From the IMG/VR virus record IMGVR_UViG_3300045521_000059: DNA of 64,000 nt; one strand, 5' to 3'. Below the pieces are notes generated by a model. It did no database searches. It saw only the letters and a program-made list of their open reading frames with translations, and was not told the DNA's origin. The translations under genes and the position numbers were made by a program. Within the stretch, counting starts at the first letter, position 1; every line of letters starts with the position of its first letter. Positions 25,575-36,041 of the stretch are shown one piece after another. The stretch is from a virus.

Positions 25575-26381
25575 ATGGATCCAACTCTCGCAAAATCGCT
25601 CAGCAACAGAATTAAAATAGCTAAAGAAACAAACAGATTACGAGAAGGTATTTTTTCTAGCAATCTCGCGAGTGAAACACAAACAAAGCCAATTACTTCC
25701 TTAAATGGCACCCTGTCACTCCATTGGAAATACGGTTCGTTCACCAATCTTGATTACGAAACAAAAAAACTTCAAAAGCGCCGAATTGATTGCGCTGTTT
25801 TCCAGAATGGACAAAAAATTTTAGCAGCGGATTTTTTAGAGTTCAAATCTGTCAGCCCTCAAAGGGACGATAATTTCTTCTGGGATATGGACGCACCAGG
25901 TAATCATACGTGTGAAATCGGAATGGCATATCTATCGGGATGGGATTCATCAGAACTTGACAACAACGTTAACTTCGCCGTTTTTGAGCATCTTAGCAGT
26001 ACGCCTGGTTCTCTTAAAAAATGCGCCCCATTGTTAAATAAATTCATCGACGATCACATCCTGAAAACTGCCTTTGTGGTTATCACAAACCCGTTCCCTC
26101 ATGATGTAGTCAACGCTTTAAAAGGTGATGAGGGTGCTAAAGAGGACCTGCAAAAATTATCATTTCGGCGTCATTTGGCTAAATTCCGCTACTGGGAAGA
26201 TCAGATGGGCTTCATAAAATTCGGAGATGAAGCAAAAATGAATAATTGGATGTACCGTCTAGATCCAGTTCTCGGTGTAGAACCAGAATTTCATAACTTC
26301 GAAATATCTGAAATCGGCGGTTCAATCAGATGCCCTGAACTTTATGAGAACGAAGAAGAAACCGAAAAAATCGCGATGTAA
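25575..26381 (+). CDS. hypothetical protein (268 aa)
   Basis: ORF with GGAG RBS. Confidence 0.7.
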   Translation: MDPTLAKSLSNRIKIAKETNRLREGIFSSNLASETQTKPITSLNGTLSLHWKYGSFTNLDYETKKLQKRRIDCAVFQNGQKILAADFLEFKSVSPQRDDNFFWDMDAPGNHTCEIGMAYLSGWDSSELDNNVNFAVFEHLSSTPGSLKKCAPLLNKFIDDHILKTAFVVITNPFPHDVVNALKGDEGAKEDLQKLSFRRHLAKFRYWEDQMGFIKFGDEAKMNNWMYRLDPVLGVEPEFHNFEISEIGGSIRCPELYENEEETEKIAM

Positions 26382-26392
26382 GCTCATGCTAT

Positions 26393-26431
26393 TGTGGTTT
26401 TGCATTAATAATTAGATGAAGCAAAACCACA
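26393..26431. terminator. bidirectional terminator-like inverted repeat
   Basis: TGTGGTTTTGC/GCAAAACCACA between convergent genes. Confidence 0.6.
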
Positions 26432-27091
26432 TCAAACTAGAGCAACCGCAGCAGGCCCAAAATCCCAATCTCCGTAGTCAACAAAATCTCTGAAACACAC
26501 GGACATGACTTCACCGTCAACAGGACGCGTGGAGCGTCTCTCTGCAATTTTCTCACATTCAACAACGAGTTTACGTGTAAAGTCAGCACCGAATTCAGAA
26601 ATACATTCTGCCTCTACCGAGAACCGAATTCCTTCTGCCAACCCCCGGAAGTGAATTACTGAAAGGTCGAAATCTATAACGTTAAGGAAGGCATTTCTTA
26701 GCGCCCGTCCATGACCAGCGCCTCTGCAGTCTGAACGAACGAAAACATGTTTCAACGAATACGAGCATTTGGCAATCAATTTGCCATCCTCAACGTCTTT
26801 CTGAAGCATGCGATCAAACGAAAGAAAACCTGATGGCTTGAAACTGCCGCCACCGGATATTCCGATAATTTCATAACCAAAAGCGATAGATTCTTTGACC
26901 CATCCAACAGGGTCAGTTTCGCTATCTGGCTTAACATCAATCGCTTCTATGAGTTTGGCGACTGCATCAGGATTTTTCGCATCCACGTGTTCTGGCACTA
27001 AGATTGACACCCCAACATGCAGCAGAGCATTCTTCATTTTACATTCCTTCATGACAATGAGGTAGTATGATAGAAAATCATCGCCAATCAC
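26432..27091 (-). CDS. GNAT-fold-like protein
   Basis: HVFVRSDCRGAGHGRAL (acetyl-CoA motif A); real start probably 27037. Confidence 0.55.
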   Translation of the reverse strand: MIGDDFLSYYLIVMKECKMKNALLHVGVSILVPEHVDAKNPDAVAKLIEAIDVKPDSETDPVGWVKESIAFGYEIIGISGGGSFKPSGFLSFDRMLQKDVEDGKLIAKCSYSLKHVFVRSDCRGAGHGRALRNAFLNVIDFDLSVIHFRGLAEGIRFSVEAECISEFGADFTRKLVVECEKIAERRSTRPVDGEVMSVCFRDFVDYGDWDFGPAAVALV

Positions 27092-27163
27092 AACATAGAG
27101 CCAATCTGATAGAGTGATGAGACGTTGTTCCTTTCAGTCATCTGGAAAATAGTTGAAGGATGA

Positions 27164-29503
27164 ATGAAGCTTGACAGCCCGGTAATTGATTGTGACTTAA
27201 GGGCTATGGAGAACGGAATGGAAATCAGCCGCGTCACGACGCCAAAAGAATTTTTCATAAAAGAACGTGACTCGTTCTACTCACTCTGGACGCTCTCGTT
27301 CTGGAGGGAGTTCTTCCAAAACTCGGTCGACGCTGGCTCAAAAAACATCGGCATTGATTTAAGTTCGGAAAGCGGTAGGGGCGAATTTGATAAGATTGGA
27401 GATGCAACCAAACAGATAACCCGCGTTGTATTTACTGATGACGGATGCGGAATGTCTGAGGACGTCCTCAACAGAGTCTATTTTGCCATTGGGCAAACGA
27501 CCAAGAATGATGGGTCCAGCGTCGGCGGCTATGGTCGCGCAAGATTAATGACTTGTTTCTCTCAAGACAGATATTCGATCCTGACAAAAGATCGCTTCGT
27601 AATGGGTAATGGCCCTGACTATGTCAACTACAGCCTTGATGAAGCGGAAACAGAACTGATCAAGGCTCTCGAAGGTTTGTCCGAACCATTCGGAGACGTT
27701 CAAAGCCAAATTAACTACGAAGTAAGTCGTGGTGGACTTTTTCGTGATTTACAAATGGTACAAGAAGCGAAAGCTCTTGGAGGTTTCAATGGTTGTCGTG
27801 TCGAAGTGGATCTGGATCAATCAACAGGCGGATACAGGAACAGACCCACTATCGAGACAATGAATGAGCGTCTCAAAACTTACCTATCAGAAAGCCAGAT
27901 CAAGCCGACCGTCACTATCAACGGAACAACTCCCGAAGAGTATTATGAATCTGAAAGCAAAATTCAGGCTAGAAGAGGTCAGGTAAAACGGACACTCGTT
28001 GCCGAAGTGGACGGCCAAATGACTGAGTTCGCTACTGTACATATCAGCGATAGCGACAAGGCTAGCCATAAGGGTAAAGCGATCATACGTGTTGATGGCG
28101 CTTCAATGTATACCATATCGCTCAATCCAGCCGTACAGGTCATCATAGAGATAGACCGAAAGTTGTCGAGACTAGCACTTACCTCAAACCGAGACGGTAT
28201 GAAGGAAGGGTTCAATGAAGCGGTCAATACATTCATTTCAGAACTGAACATCGATAACACCTCAGCGTTGGCCGACAAAGCAAGCAAAGACAATTATAAA
28301 ATCGAGGGCGACAAAGGTATGCTCGTCGCGTCTGTGCCAAGTCTGTCAAAACTCACTTCTGAAGATATTACGTTTGAGGAAGAAAATGTGGCTGTAGAGA
28401 TTTCTACGCGCGTAAAGACGACTGCTGTTCACACTCTTGAAGACCTAAAACAAAGAGGTGTCTCTCAGGATGCCATTGAAGAATTGGTCAAAAAGACAAA
28501 ATGGGGTGAGAGCATCATTTCTAAAATGCGCTGGTCATACGATTTCCCGCTAAAGAATGATGTTGAACAGTTCATAGAGACTGTTGAAAAGAGAATGTAT
28601 GAAGGCGAAACGAATTCTGAATTGTTTCTGAAGTATGCCTCACCCCCTCTGAAAGAGTGGATCATTCAAACACTTGGAAACCGTGCTGAGATTGCTCTTG
28701 AGCAGGCCAGGATGGAGAACGAGAAGCGATTAAAGGACATGAACGATGTTTATGTCAGCGTCGTTTCAACTAATGAGAAAACACGTGCTGCCATACGCAG
28801 GAATGACCCAAGAAAATGGGACACTGCGACGGGAAAAGGTAGAGTGCCTCGCGCACTCCTCTCAGCATGGACTGCGGCATGTTCGGTTGCTGTTGAGACA
28901 TTGATGACGACACGACCTTCTACAGATAGCTTTAGTTGGACAACTGGTTGGATATATTCAGTTCCAGAGGAACAGTATCAAGGTGACCGATACAGGTCAG
29001 TGTCGATTGAAGCTATGTGTTCGTTGAAGGACAATGAATACAAGTTTCTTCTCAATCCTATCAAGGAAGACGGTGTTCTTCGCTATTCGGTGACTGACGC
29101 CAAAGATCGTCAACACATGCAGGCTCTTGCCATGCATGAGGTTGCTCACGTTCTGGAAAGTCATCACAACGAATCCTATGCAGGCATTTTGACCGATCTG
29201 ATGATCAACTACGACTTCAGCGAAGCAAACAAGCGCATGAAAGAGTCTGTAAAGGCCGTTCTTTCAGCCTATGAAAGTGGAAGGTCTATTGTCCAAAAAA
29301 TGGATCATGAACCGGGGCCGCGCCCAGCCGAACGCTTAATGTCTCTCGCTACGGCGAATGACCCTGAGGCTGCAGCCGATGCGATCACACGTAATAGCGA
29401 CGGCACGTACGAGGTCGACACCGAGCGTCTGCAAGATCACGTCGAAGGATACAACTATGACGCCGATGACGCGAACGAAGCACAGTTCGGATGTGGGAGA
29501 TAA
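27164..29503 (+). CDS. GHKL (Hsp90/MutL-like) ATPase with C-terminal HExxH zincin motif
   Basis: REFFQNSVDA, DDGCGM, TTK...GGYG; late MHEVAH...HHNESY. Confidence 0.75.
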   Translation: MKLDSPVIDCDLRAMENGMEISRVTTPKEFFIKERDSFYSLWTLSFWREFFQNSVDAGSKNIGIDLSSESGRGEFDKIGDATKQITRVVFTDDGCGMSEDVLNRVYFAIGQTTKNDGSSVGGYGRARLMTCFSQDRYSILTKDRFVMGNGPDYVNYSLDEAETELIKALEGLSEPFGDVQSQINYEVSRGGLFRDLQMVQEAKALGGFNGCRVEVDLDQSTGGYRNRPTIETMNERLKTYLSESQIKPTVTINGTTPEEYYESESKIQARRGQVKRTLVAEVDGQMTEFATVHISDSDKASHKGKAIIRVDGASMYTISLNPAVQVIIEIDRKLSRLALTSNRDGMKEGFNEAVNTFISELNIDNTSALADKASKDNYKIEGDKGMLVASVPSLSKLTSEDITFEEENVAVEISTRVKTTAVHTLEDLKQRGVSQDAIEELVKKTKWGESIISKMRWSYDFPLKNDVEQFIETVEKRMYEGETNSELFLKYASPPLKEWIIQTLGNRAEIALEQARMENEKRLKDMNDVYVSVVSTNEKTRAAIRRNDPRKWDTATGKGRVPRALLSAWTAACSVAVETLMTTRPSTDSFSWTTGWIYSVPEEQYQGDRYRSVSIEAMCSLKDNEYKFLLNPIKEDGVLRYSVTDAKDRQHMQALAMHEVAHVLESHHNESYAGILTDLMINYDFSEANKRMKESVKAVLSAYESGRSIVQKMDHEPGPRPAERLMSLATANDPEAAADAITRNSDGTYEVDTERLQDHVEGYNYDADDANEAQFGCGR

Positions 29504-30150
29504 ACATGTCCAATATCCCTTCATTCGAAGAACTAATTACCGAAGAATGGTTCAACAAAGGTATGGAAAACGGTAGCTTCGATCCTGAGCATGGTTCGGA
29601 TATTGGGGAGCTTATAGAGTATATTCAGGATGGTGCGACTTGGTTGCCAACCTGTCCCGACCACCTGAAAAATGTTGATGTGACAGAAGCTGCCAAAAAT
29701 CCAGAAATGCGTGCGGTAATTTGGAAATGGCTTGAACAAAGATATTCCGAAGTTATCGACAATCTACCGAAAGGCGAGCAGCTAAAACTATATCGCATCA
29801 TGCGCGTGGACGATGATTGGATAGACGACCTGAAAACAGGAGAAGTCACCACGGGTATTTACTTTAGTGATGATCCATACGTGGACGGTGGATTCTGGCT
29901 TGACGAGAAAAAGCCTAACGAAATTCGTTTGGAAGCCACAGTGAATCGAAATGACGTAGATTGGAAAGGGACCATTCTTGCAAGAATGGATTTCGGGACA
30001 GGCGATAATGAAGCCGAAATTCGCATGAAAACAGACGTACCAGTGATGGTTATTTCATTCTCCGACGACGACGATACTCATGAAATACGTAAGTTACTTT
30101 CAACGGGACAACATTGGGTAAAAGGTGAAACACCCACGCTCACTATGTGA
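29491..30150 (+). CDS. hypothetical protein (219 aa)
   Basis: ORF; acidic. Confidence 0.65.
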   Translation: MWEINMSNIPSFEELITEEWFNKGMENGSFDPEHGSDIGELIEYIQDGATWLPTCPDHLKNVDVTEAAKNPEMRAVIWKWLEQRYSEVIDNLPKGEQLKLYRIMRVDDDWIDDLKTGEVTTGIYFSDDPYVDGGFWLDEKKPNEIRLEATVNRNDVDWKGTILARMDFGTGDNEAEIRMKTDVPVMVISFSDDDDTHEIRKLLSTGQHWVKGETPTLTM

Positions 30151-30171
30151 AAAACAATTTAAGGAAGAAAG

Positions 30172-30531
30172 ATGCCTAAGTTATACTTATCTGATGATAG
30201 TCCTGAACTTCATGAAGGCGAGGACATCTCACGTACTCACATGTATGTCTGCGCAAACTACGTGGAGTCCGACAACGATCTCGACGGACGATCATTTTCT
30301 TATGCTGATGCTGTAACGAACAAAGGCAACAGATTGTCACGGGTTGAGTTCTCAACAGAACCCAAAGGCACAGGTTTCTGGGTCATGCAGCACATGCGGG
30401 CCGAAGACGCCGCGAATTTCCCCGTGGGCAAGGAAGTGACACTGCACTTGCGTAAAGGCGACAGAGGATTCCCAGAATATTTCGCAATTACAGATGGATT
30501 TTATGAAGAAGTACCGAGTTTGAAGCTGTAG
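30172..30531 (+). CDS. hypothetical protein (119 aa)
   Basis: ORF with AGGA RBS. Confidence 0.6.
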   Translation: MPKLYLSDDSPELHEGEDISRTHMYVCANYVESDNDLDGRSFSYADAVTNKGNRLSRVEFSTEPKGTGFWVMQHMRAEDAANFPVGKEVTLHLRKGDRGFPEYFAITDGFYEEVPSLKL

Positions 30532-30565
30532 ATATATAAATAAGAACAAAATATCAACATAACAA

Positions 30566-30826
30566 TCACGTCGCCTTCTTAACCCATTCCAATCCAATCC
30601 TCTTCGCGCAATCGGAGCCTACTGGTAGTGTTCCGTAGTCTTCGGCATAACCTGCAGGGACGAGGGCCTCATCTTCAGGGTGCACGAAATTGCAACCATC
30701 TACGACCCTGGCATAGAACTTAGGCGCACCTTTAATGTCTTTCTGACAGACGCAACAAAAAACGCTAGTTTTTGGGGAGCGTCGATAGTCCGGGTCAATA
30801 AAAATCGTTCGGAATGGATTTTTCAT
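30566..30826 (-). CDS. small Cys-containing (possible Zn-binding) protein (86 aa)
   Basis: CCVCQK...GSDCAK; ATG at 30826. Confidence 0.55.
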   Translation of the reverse strand: MKNPFRTIFIDPDYRRSPKTSVFCCVCQKDIKGAPKFYARVVDGCNFVHPEDEALVPAGYAEDYGTLPVGSDCAKRIGLEWVKKAT

Positions 30827-30926
30827 GCGCAGGAGGTAGCAGATTATATCTATAAATGTCAATAATTTATGGTTGACGTTAGATAATAAAAACCTGAATC
30901 TGTTTAAATAGGAGAAGGTAATAATC

Positions 30927-31490
30927 ATGTCAGATACTAATTTAAAGCCGGAGTTATCTGCAGTTTTTGAACAAATTTCTGCGATTTTTGAACAGATTAG
31001 GGTGTCGGGTGTGCAGGACCGCGCAGAGATGGCTTCGATCATAATGGAAAACCCATATATTGTATCGTCAATTGATGACCTTCGAAACAATCGCTTCGAG
31101 AAATTTCACAAAGCAATCGTAATGAAATCCGACGACATCCTTGAAGGCATCGTCGAGCATGTTTTCGGAGACAATTATGAAATTGCATTCCTGATTAAGC
31201 AGTACGACTTCTTGTATCAACACTTGGAAAAGCTTTTCACGAAATTTGAGGGCCATGCGAGTTGCGTCGACAAAACTCGCACAGTTCTCGCGTACCTTTT
31301 ATTAAATAAGGCCAAGGGAACAAGGATTGAGTTCGACTACGATGGAGAATGGACTTACCATCTTCCTAAGAAAATCCTGACTTCGCACGAAGAAGTCATC
31401 AAATTCTTCGATGCGATGATCAATCTGTATTACGGCAGTCATGAAAAATATCTGGCATTGCTTTTGGAGGTTTCGGGGCAATCAAAATAA
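30927..31490 (+). CDS. hypothetical protein (187 aa)
   Basis: GGAG RBS; TTGACG upstream. Confidence 0.7.
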   Translation: MSDTNLKPELSAVFEQISAIFEQIRVSGVQDRAEMASIIMENPYIVSSIDDLRNNRFEKFHKAIVMKSDDILEGIVEHVFGDNYEIAFLIKQYDFLYQHLEKLFTKFEGHASCVDKTRTVLAYLLLNKAKGTRIEFDYDGEWTYHLPKKILTSHEEVIKFFDAMINLYYGSHEKYLALLLEVSGQSK

Positions 31491-31563
31491 TCCGCATGCA
31501 ACTATCATGTGGCGACTTGCATCCATCACATCAATGCTAAAGCAACAATAGCGGAATATCGAA

Positions 31564-32139
31564 ATGAAAACCCAGCTTGTTTATCGTGATACAGGACATG
31601 TTCAGAACGGATTCAAAACCGTTATTACCGTTGGGTTTGCAGAGTTCCCATCGGATGTCGAGTTGCCAGATGAAAAGATTGTGATCTCAATAACAGGTTT
31701 TGAGAAGAATTCAGCAAATCCTGAGGTGATTGCGCCTGCCTCGCGGCCGATGGAAGTCGTTGACCTTTGGGGGCGAAAAGATGACTTCAGATCAAATGGG
31801 ATTGCGAATCTAGTAACGCAACCGATCTGGAAGTCGCCTGCGACGCGTGGATCACTACAACAATATTTCCGTCGCACTAATGTTGAACCTTCGCAACCAG
31901 GTCTAGCCGTGATGGCCTTCACTGGATTGACCGCATTTGCTCCTGACGATGAAATCGATGAAGACAATGTCTTCCAATTCCAATCCAACGGATTGGTTCA
32001 GGTCATCGAAGGGCGCATTGGAATCGAAGTGAAACCAGAATGGGGAACGGCTGGATTTAGGGACCATATGCGCGGAACGCAACTAGTGCATTGTTCCGCC
32101 GATGCACTTGGGGGTTTGGTGATGAACCTGTCGGCCTAA
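31564..32139 (+). CDS. hypothetical protein (191 aa)
   Basis: ORF. Confidence 0.6.
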   Translation: MKTQLVYRDTGHVQNGFKTVITVGFAEFPSDVELPDEKIVISITGFEKNSANPEVIAPASRPMEVVDLWGRKDDFRSNGIANLVTQPIWKSPATRGSLQQYFRRTNVEPSQPGLAVMAFTGLTAFAPDDEIDEDNVFQFQSNGLVQVIEGRIGIEVKPEWGTAGFRDHMRGTQLVHCSADALGGLVMNLSA

Positions 32140-32438
32140 TGTCGGAGATGGCGCTCGACATCAATGAAAAGATGGATCGCTTCCGTGATTTCAAACTCGC
32201 CGACTCGATTTCGGCTTACGATCAGGCCGAATATGAAAAGCTTGAACGGGAACTGCAGCGTCTCGGCCTGGTATCCCAATATCAAAATGAAGAGTTTGTG
32301 GAATACCTGAAGAAGCGTGCTGAACGCGGATTAGTGTTCCCATCCACACATCCGGTTACCCGTAGCCAATCACAGCAAGCCGACAACGCCTCTAGAGAGA
32401 TTCTGCAAGAGATAACGTCGAGCGTCTTTAGGCCTTGA
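32139..32438 (+). CDS. hypothetical protein (99 aa)
   Basis: ATG overlaps the previous stop codon. Confidence 0.55.
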   Translation: MSEMALDINEKMDRFRDFKLADSISAYDQAEYEKLERELQRLGLVSQYQNEEFVEYLKKRAERGLVFPSTHPVTRSQSQQADNASREILQEITSSVFRP

Positions 32439-32808
32439 TAGGCGAGGGCTGGTGCTCGATTTGGAACGACGGCATTCGAATCCCTGCGGCTTCAAAGAGA
32501 TAATCCTCTTCATCGAGACCTGCATAGCTCAGATTCACTCTGGCCTCATCTACATTTGACCCGATGGCGCTCAATTCAGGCTTCCCTGTCTCCTTCAAAA
32601 AGGGAAGGGAGACGGGGAACAGGTCAGAAGGAATATCACGTCCGATGATGAGTTCGGCTTCAACACAATCAATATAATCTAACTCATCATGCCGGATGCT
32701 TTCAAAACAACCATCAATAAACGGCTTTATAGCCTCGTCCTCTGTGGAGCCGATGGCATTGAGGTAGACATCGCCAGTACGACGATCAAAAGGCACAAAA
32801 ATTTTCAT
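32428..32808 (-). CDS. hypothetical protein (126 aa)
   Basis: AGGAGGAGA RBS; downstream of the recombinase. Confidence 0.65.
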   Translation of the reverse strand: MKIFVPFDRRTGDVYLNAIGSTEDEAIKPFIDGCFESIRHDELDYIDCVEAELIIGRDIPSDLFPVSLPFLKETGKPELSAIGSNVDEARVNLSYAGLDEEDYLFEAAGIRMPSFQIEHQPSPIKA

Positions 32809-32826
32809 CTCTCCTCCTATCGCTAG

Positions 32827-33888
32827 TTATCCCGCAAGCGAAGCCGTCTCATTATGAAGTGCAGCACCTGACTGGTGATAACCAGCGGCAACCTGAACCG
32901 TTTTGTGTCGTGACAATGCCATTGCCTCTAGCAGACTTTTTCCTTGCAAACCAACTTCAGTCAAGAAGCCTGATCGCAGACTATGGCCAGCGTAAATTTC
33001 TGGATTGAGATCGGCAGCCTTAATGCGAGATTTCACGATCAAAGCGACTGCGCGATCCGATAATGGTTTCTTTGAAACGTAGCCATAACGGCTAACGGAA
33101 CGAAAAATCGGCCCTTTGGTAATGTTGCCCGCCTTTAACCAAGCACGAAGAGCTACAGCAGCTCGACCCGTAATCGGCACGGTGCCGCCATCGCCTTCCT
33201 GCTCCGTCTTAGTAATCCCCAGATGATAGATGTAGGAGTCGCCGACCTCTTCAAGGTTGAGCATCTCCGCTCCGACGATCTCGGAACGACGGCGGCCACC
33301 ACTTGACCACCCAAAGAGCAACAACGCGGCGTCTCGCAAATCCAGTATACTTCCTGGTTCACAGGTCTCCAGCATGAGATCAAGCGTCTTCTTGATGACA
33401 GCCTTCTTCTTGTTTGGCCGTTCGCCGCGCCGAGCTGCTGCCTTGCGTGCTTTAGAAAGAACTTGAGACACAATCGGGTCCATGATCGGACTGGGCAAAC
33501 CCTTTGTCTTGTGAAGCGCAGATAAAGCGGAAACACGACGATCAATCGTATTCATGGCATGCTTACCTGGCTTCGTCTTGACACCTCGATCAATCATATC
33601 TTGATCGACATCTTCATCAAGACCTTCAAGGTGATCTACGACAAAACGTGCGACGACCTCAGGAGGAACAGGATAGACAGGTTCATCTGTCCAACCGATG
33701 GCGGAACACCATGACCAAAAATAGCGAAGATCAGATTCATAAGCACGACGCGTATTAGGTGGAGTACCGTCATCAATGACGCGGCGAAGACGTTCTCGGG
33801 TTCCATGATCCAACACAAAACCCAACGAACGCGCTTGTTCAGGTTGCGTCGTCGTAATTTCTTTTCGTGTAGAACCATAATTGGGCAT
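32827..33888 (-). CDS. tyrosine recombinase/integrase (Cre-like plasmid type)
   Basis: RDAALLLFGWSSGGRRRSEI, TKT, GHSLRSGF, SRHKT...Y catalytic residues. Confidence 0.92.
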   Translation of the reverse strand: MPNYGSTRKEITTTQPEQARSLGFVLDHGTRERLRRVIDDGTPPNTRRAYESDLRYFWSWCSAIGWTDEPVYPVPPEVVARFVVDHLEGLDEDVDQDMIDRGVKTKPGKHAMNTIDRRVSALSALHKTKGLPSPIMDPIVSQVLSKARKAAARRGERPNKKKAVIKKTLDLMLETCEPGSILDLRDAALLLFGWSSGGRRRSEIVGAEMLNLEEVGDSYIYHLGITKTEQEGDGGTVPITGRAAVALRAWLKAGNITKGPIFRSVSRYGYVSKKPLSDRAVALIVKSRIKAADLNPEIYAGHSLRSGFLTEVGLQGKSLLEAMALSRHKTVQVAAGYHQSGAALHNETASLAG

Positions 33889-34024
33889 ACGAGGATGTCC
33901 GAATAAATATTTGTGCGAACATTATAAATTCAAAACAAGCAAGCGCCAAAACGCCGAAAAGTATTTTCAGATTGTTACATGCAATATAGTGCTGAATAAT
34001 GAAATAAAGGCGAGGAATGCAAAC

Positions 34025-34462
34025 ATGTCCCCAGATGAATTCAGCAATCTGAAAATTGCAGAACAGAACACTTCGAACAGATTTCACGATGGTGGCCCAA
34101 AGTTCGTTGAAGCCATCGATAATGGTTCCAAGACTTTGCTCTATGGATATAATTCAGATAGAAACACGCACCACGTTTACCAAGATGACAATCAAATTCA
34201 TTTAGTAGTTTATAATCATCAAAATGAGGTAATAAAACAGCTCAGCGACGTTTCACTTCCTGTGACTTCAATTATGCCTGATAAACGTCTTTACGCTGAA
34301 GCATGCGATTTCAAGTTCTGTATGGAATTGCAGGAAGCAGGAGTATTACTACCGTTCACGAACTACAATTACAGTTCTTACCAGAAGCACGAAGGCAAGG
34401 AATTTATTGGTAGGACGCTCGAAGATTTAGGAATTGACATTCCTAAGCAGATGAATATCTGA
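34025..34462 (+). CDS. hypothetical protein
   Basis: GAGGA RBS and ATG at 34025; KRLYAEACDF...PFT pattern. Confidence 0.65.
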   Translation: MSPDEFSNLKIAEQNTSNRFHDGGPKFVEAIDNGSKTLLYGYNSDRNTHHVYQDDNQIHLVVYNHQNEVIKQLSDVSLPVTSIMPDKRLYAEACDFKFCMELQEAGVLLPFTNYNYSSYQKHEGKEFIGRTLEDLGIDIPKQMNI

Positions 34463-34516
34463 TCAAAATCAATGAAGTTCGGTATCTAAATCAGCAACAA
34501 AAAAGAGGATATTGCC

Positions 34517-35128
34517 ATGAAATTTAACATTTTCGACGACTGCGAGAATACCGAACTTCCAGAAAATCTAGATGGCAAGTTCAAGGTGTGGGATGGTTCC
34601 GGCCGCTTTCACAACTACGCACTCCTTCATCCGAATGTCGGAATAGGTGAAGCCTTTGCGTTAATGGCGACTTCCGAGAATTACCGTGACAACGAGGACG
34701 TCATTCGTTTCATCGACACGGCTTTGAAGCAGGGAGATGCCGTTGCCACGGGATATTACAGTGGAACGCTCCTCCAAGTCACAGATGGTGACGCTCCCCA
34801 AACGACGCGTACTGCAGGCACGAGATCTGTCGATATGGACCTAACATGGACAGGTAGCCACCTAGACGGTGATTTCGCCAACGAGGTCGAGAGAGTTGTC
34901 TGCGAAAATCAAATAGCCATAGCACCATTCCAGGGCGCAATGACGATATTCAGCGGGAACAAACGCTTCATGGCTTTGGACCACATCAAAGTCGAAGAAA
35001 AGGTCGACACCATTCAATACGTCATCGACCACATCGACACTTCGTCTGAACTTCAGGCATTCCTAGGCGAGAAAGTATCTCTCCGCCTCAGAGAGACAAT
35101 CACCGCAGATAATAGCCTGAGGCCATAA
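34517..35128 (+). CDS. hypothetical protein (203 aa)
   Basis: GAGGA RBS. Confidence 0.65.
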   Translation: MKFNIFDDCENTELPENLDGKFKVWDGSGRFHNYALLHPNVGIGEAFALMATSENYRDNEDVIRFIDTALKQGDAVATGYYSGTLLQVTDGDAPQTTRTAGTRSVDMDLTWTGSHLDGDFANEVERVVCENQIAIAPFQGAMTIFSGNKRFMALDHIKVEEKVDTIQYVIDHIDTSSELQAFLGEKVSLRLRETITADNSLRP

Positions 35129-35186
35129 CATCCAGAAGTCATATTTCCCATCAGAACCGATTAAAATGGGCCGCACGGCCCATTTT

Positions 35187-35492
35187 TTATTCAGAAGTAA
35201 TCTGATCTTCTGCAACTTTAAGCAGATTTTCCATCTGAGCACGCACATCGTCCTCTGTGACACCGAGATCGGCAACGACCTTACGAAGAACGCCTGCTCC
35301 GCCAGGAGCTTCAATGTCAGCCGCAACCACTTCACTAGCATACGCGGCAGCGGCTTCACCTGACTTACCCAACCTATCAGATGCCCACAGCCCCAACAAC
35401 TTGTTACGGCGTGCCGTGATACGGAAACGCAGACTCTCATCGTGGGCAAATTTATTCTCAAAAGAATTACGTCGTTCGTCCAAACTGCTCAT
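35187..35492 (-). CDS. DUF1476 protein (alphaproteobacterial F1-ATPase inhibitor zeta subunit homolog)
   Basis: LDERRNSFENKFAHDESLRFRITARRNKLLGLWA family signature. Confidence 0.88.
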   Translation of the reverse strand: MSSLDERRNSFENKFAHDESLRFRITARRNKLLGLWASDRLGKSGEAAAAYASEVVAADIEAPGGAGVLRKVVADLGVTEDDVRAQMENLLKVAEDQITSE

Positions 35493-36041
35493 TAGTTCCT
35501 CATTGTTAATTTGACGTCGTGCAAACTGAAATTCGCATGCACATTTAAATGATAATTCGCTCGCTCAGCGGTGGCAACCATTTCATTCATGCAAAATGGT
35601 TGACAAATTAATACCCTGCCTGCGCCAACATTAATTTAATGAATTTAAATACACTTAAGTTCACAACTCTGTCATGCAAATCATGAAACGAGAGGTCGAA
35701 TCGAGCGCTGCTTCACTGAGATTTAACTGCATTTCTAGGCGGAAAACCATATTTATCATAATGACTTACCAACTTCCGATAAGGAAGGTTATCGGAAGTC
35801 AGGAATAAGGTGTCTTATATTAAGGTTCGATGACCAAGCAGCATGTGCTTCATTATTTACGTTGCCTATAACATAAATCCATAAGAGAGAGTTGTAGTTA
35901 ATCCATTTTAAATTCATCATAAGGAGGTTGGACAACTTAATTATGTTTACAAAGATATGGGTCATGTAGCAAACCAACGCATTAATTGGAATTAATAAAA
36001 AAGAACAAGTTTCAAGCGGCACACTAGACGAGGCCGCGTGT

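Noticed and set aside
32827-33888. Prophage or ICE boundary at the recombinase
   Set aside because: No att duplication or phage structural genes were found in the window.
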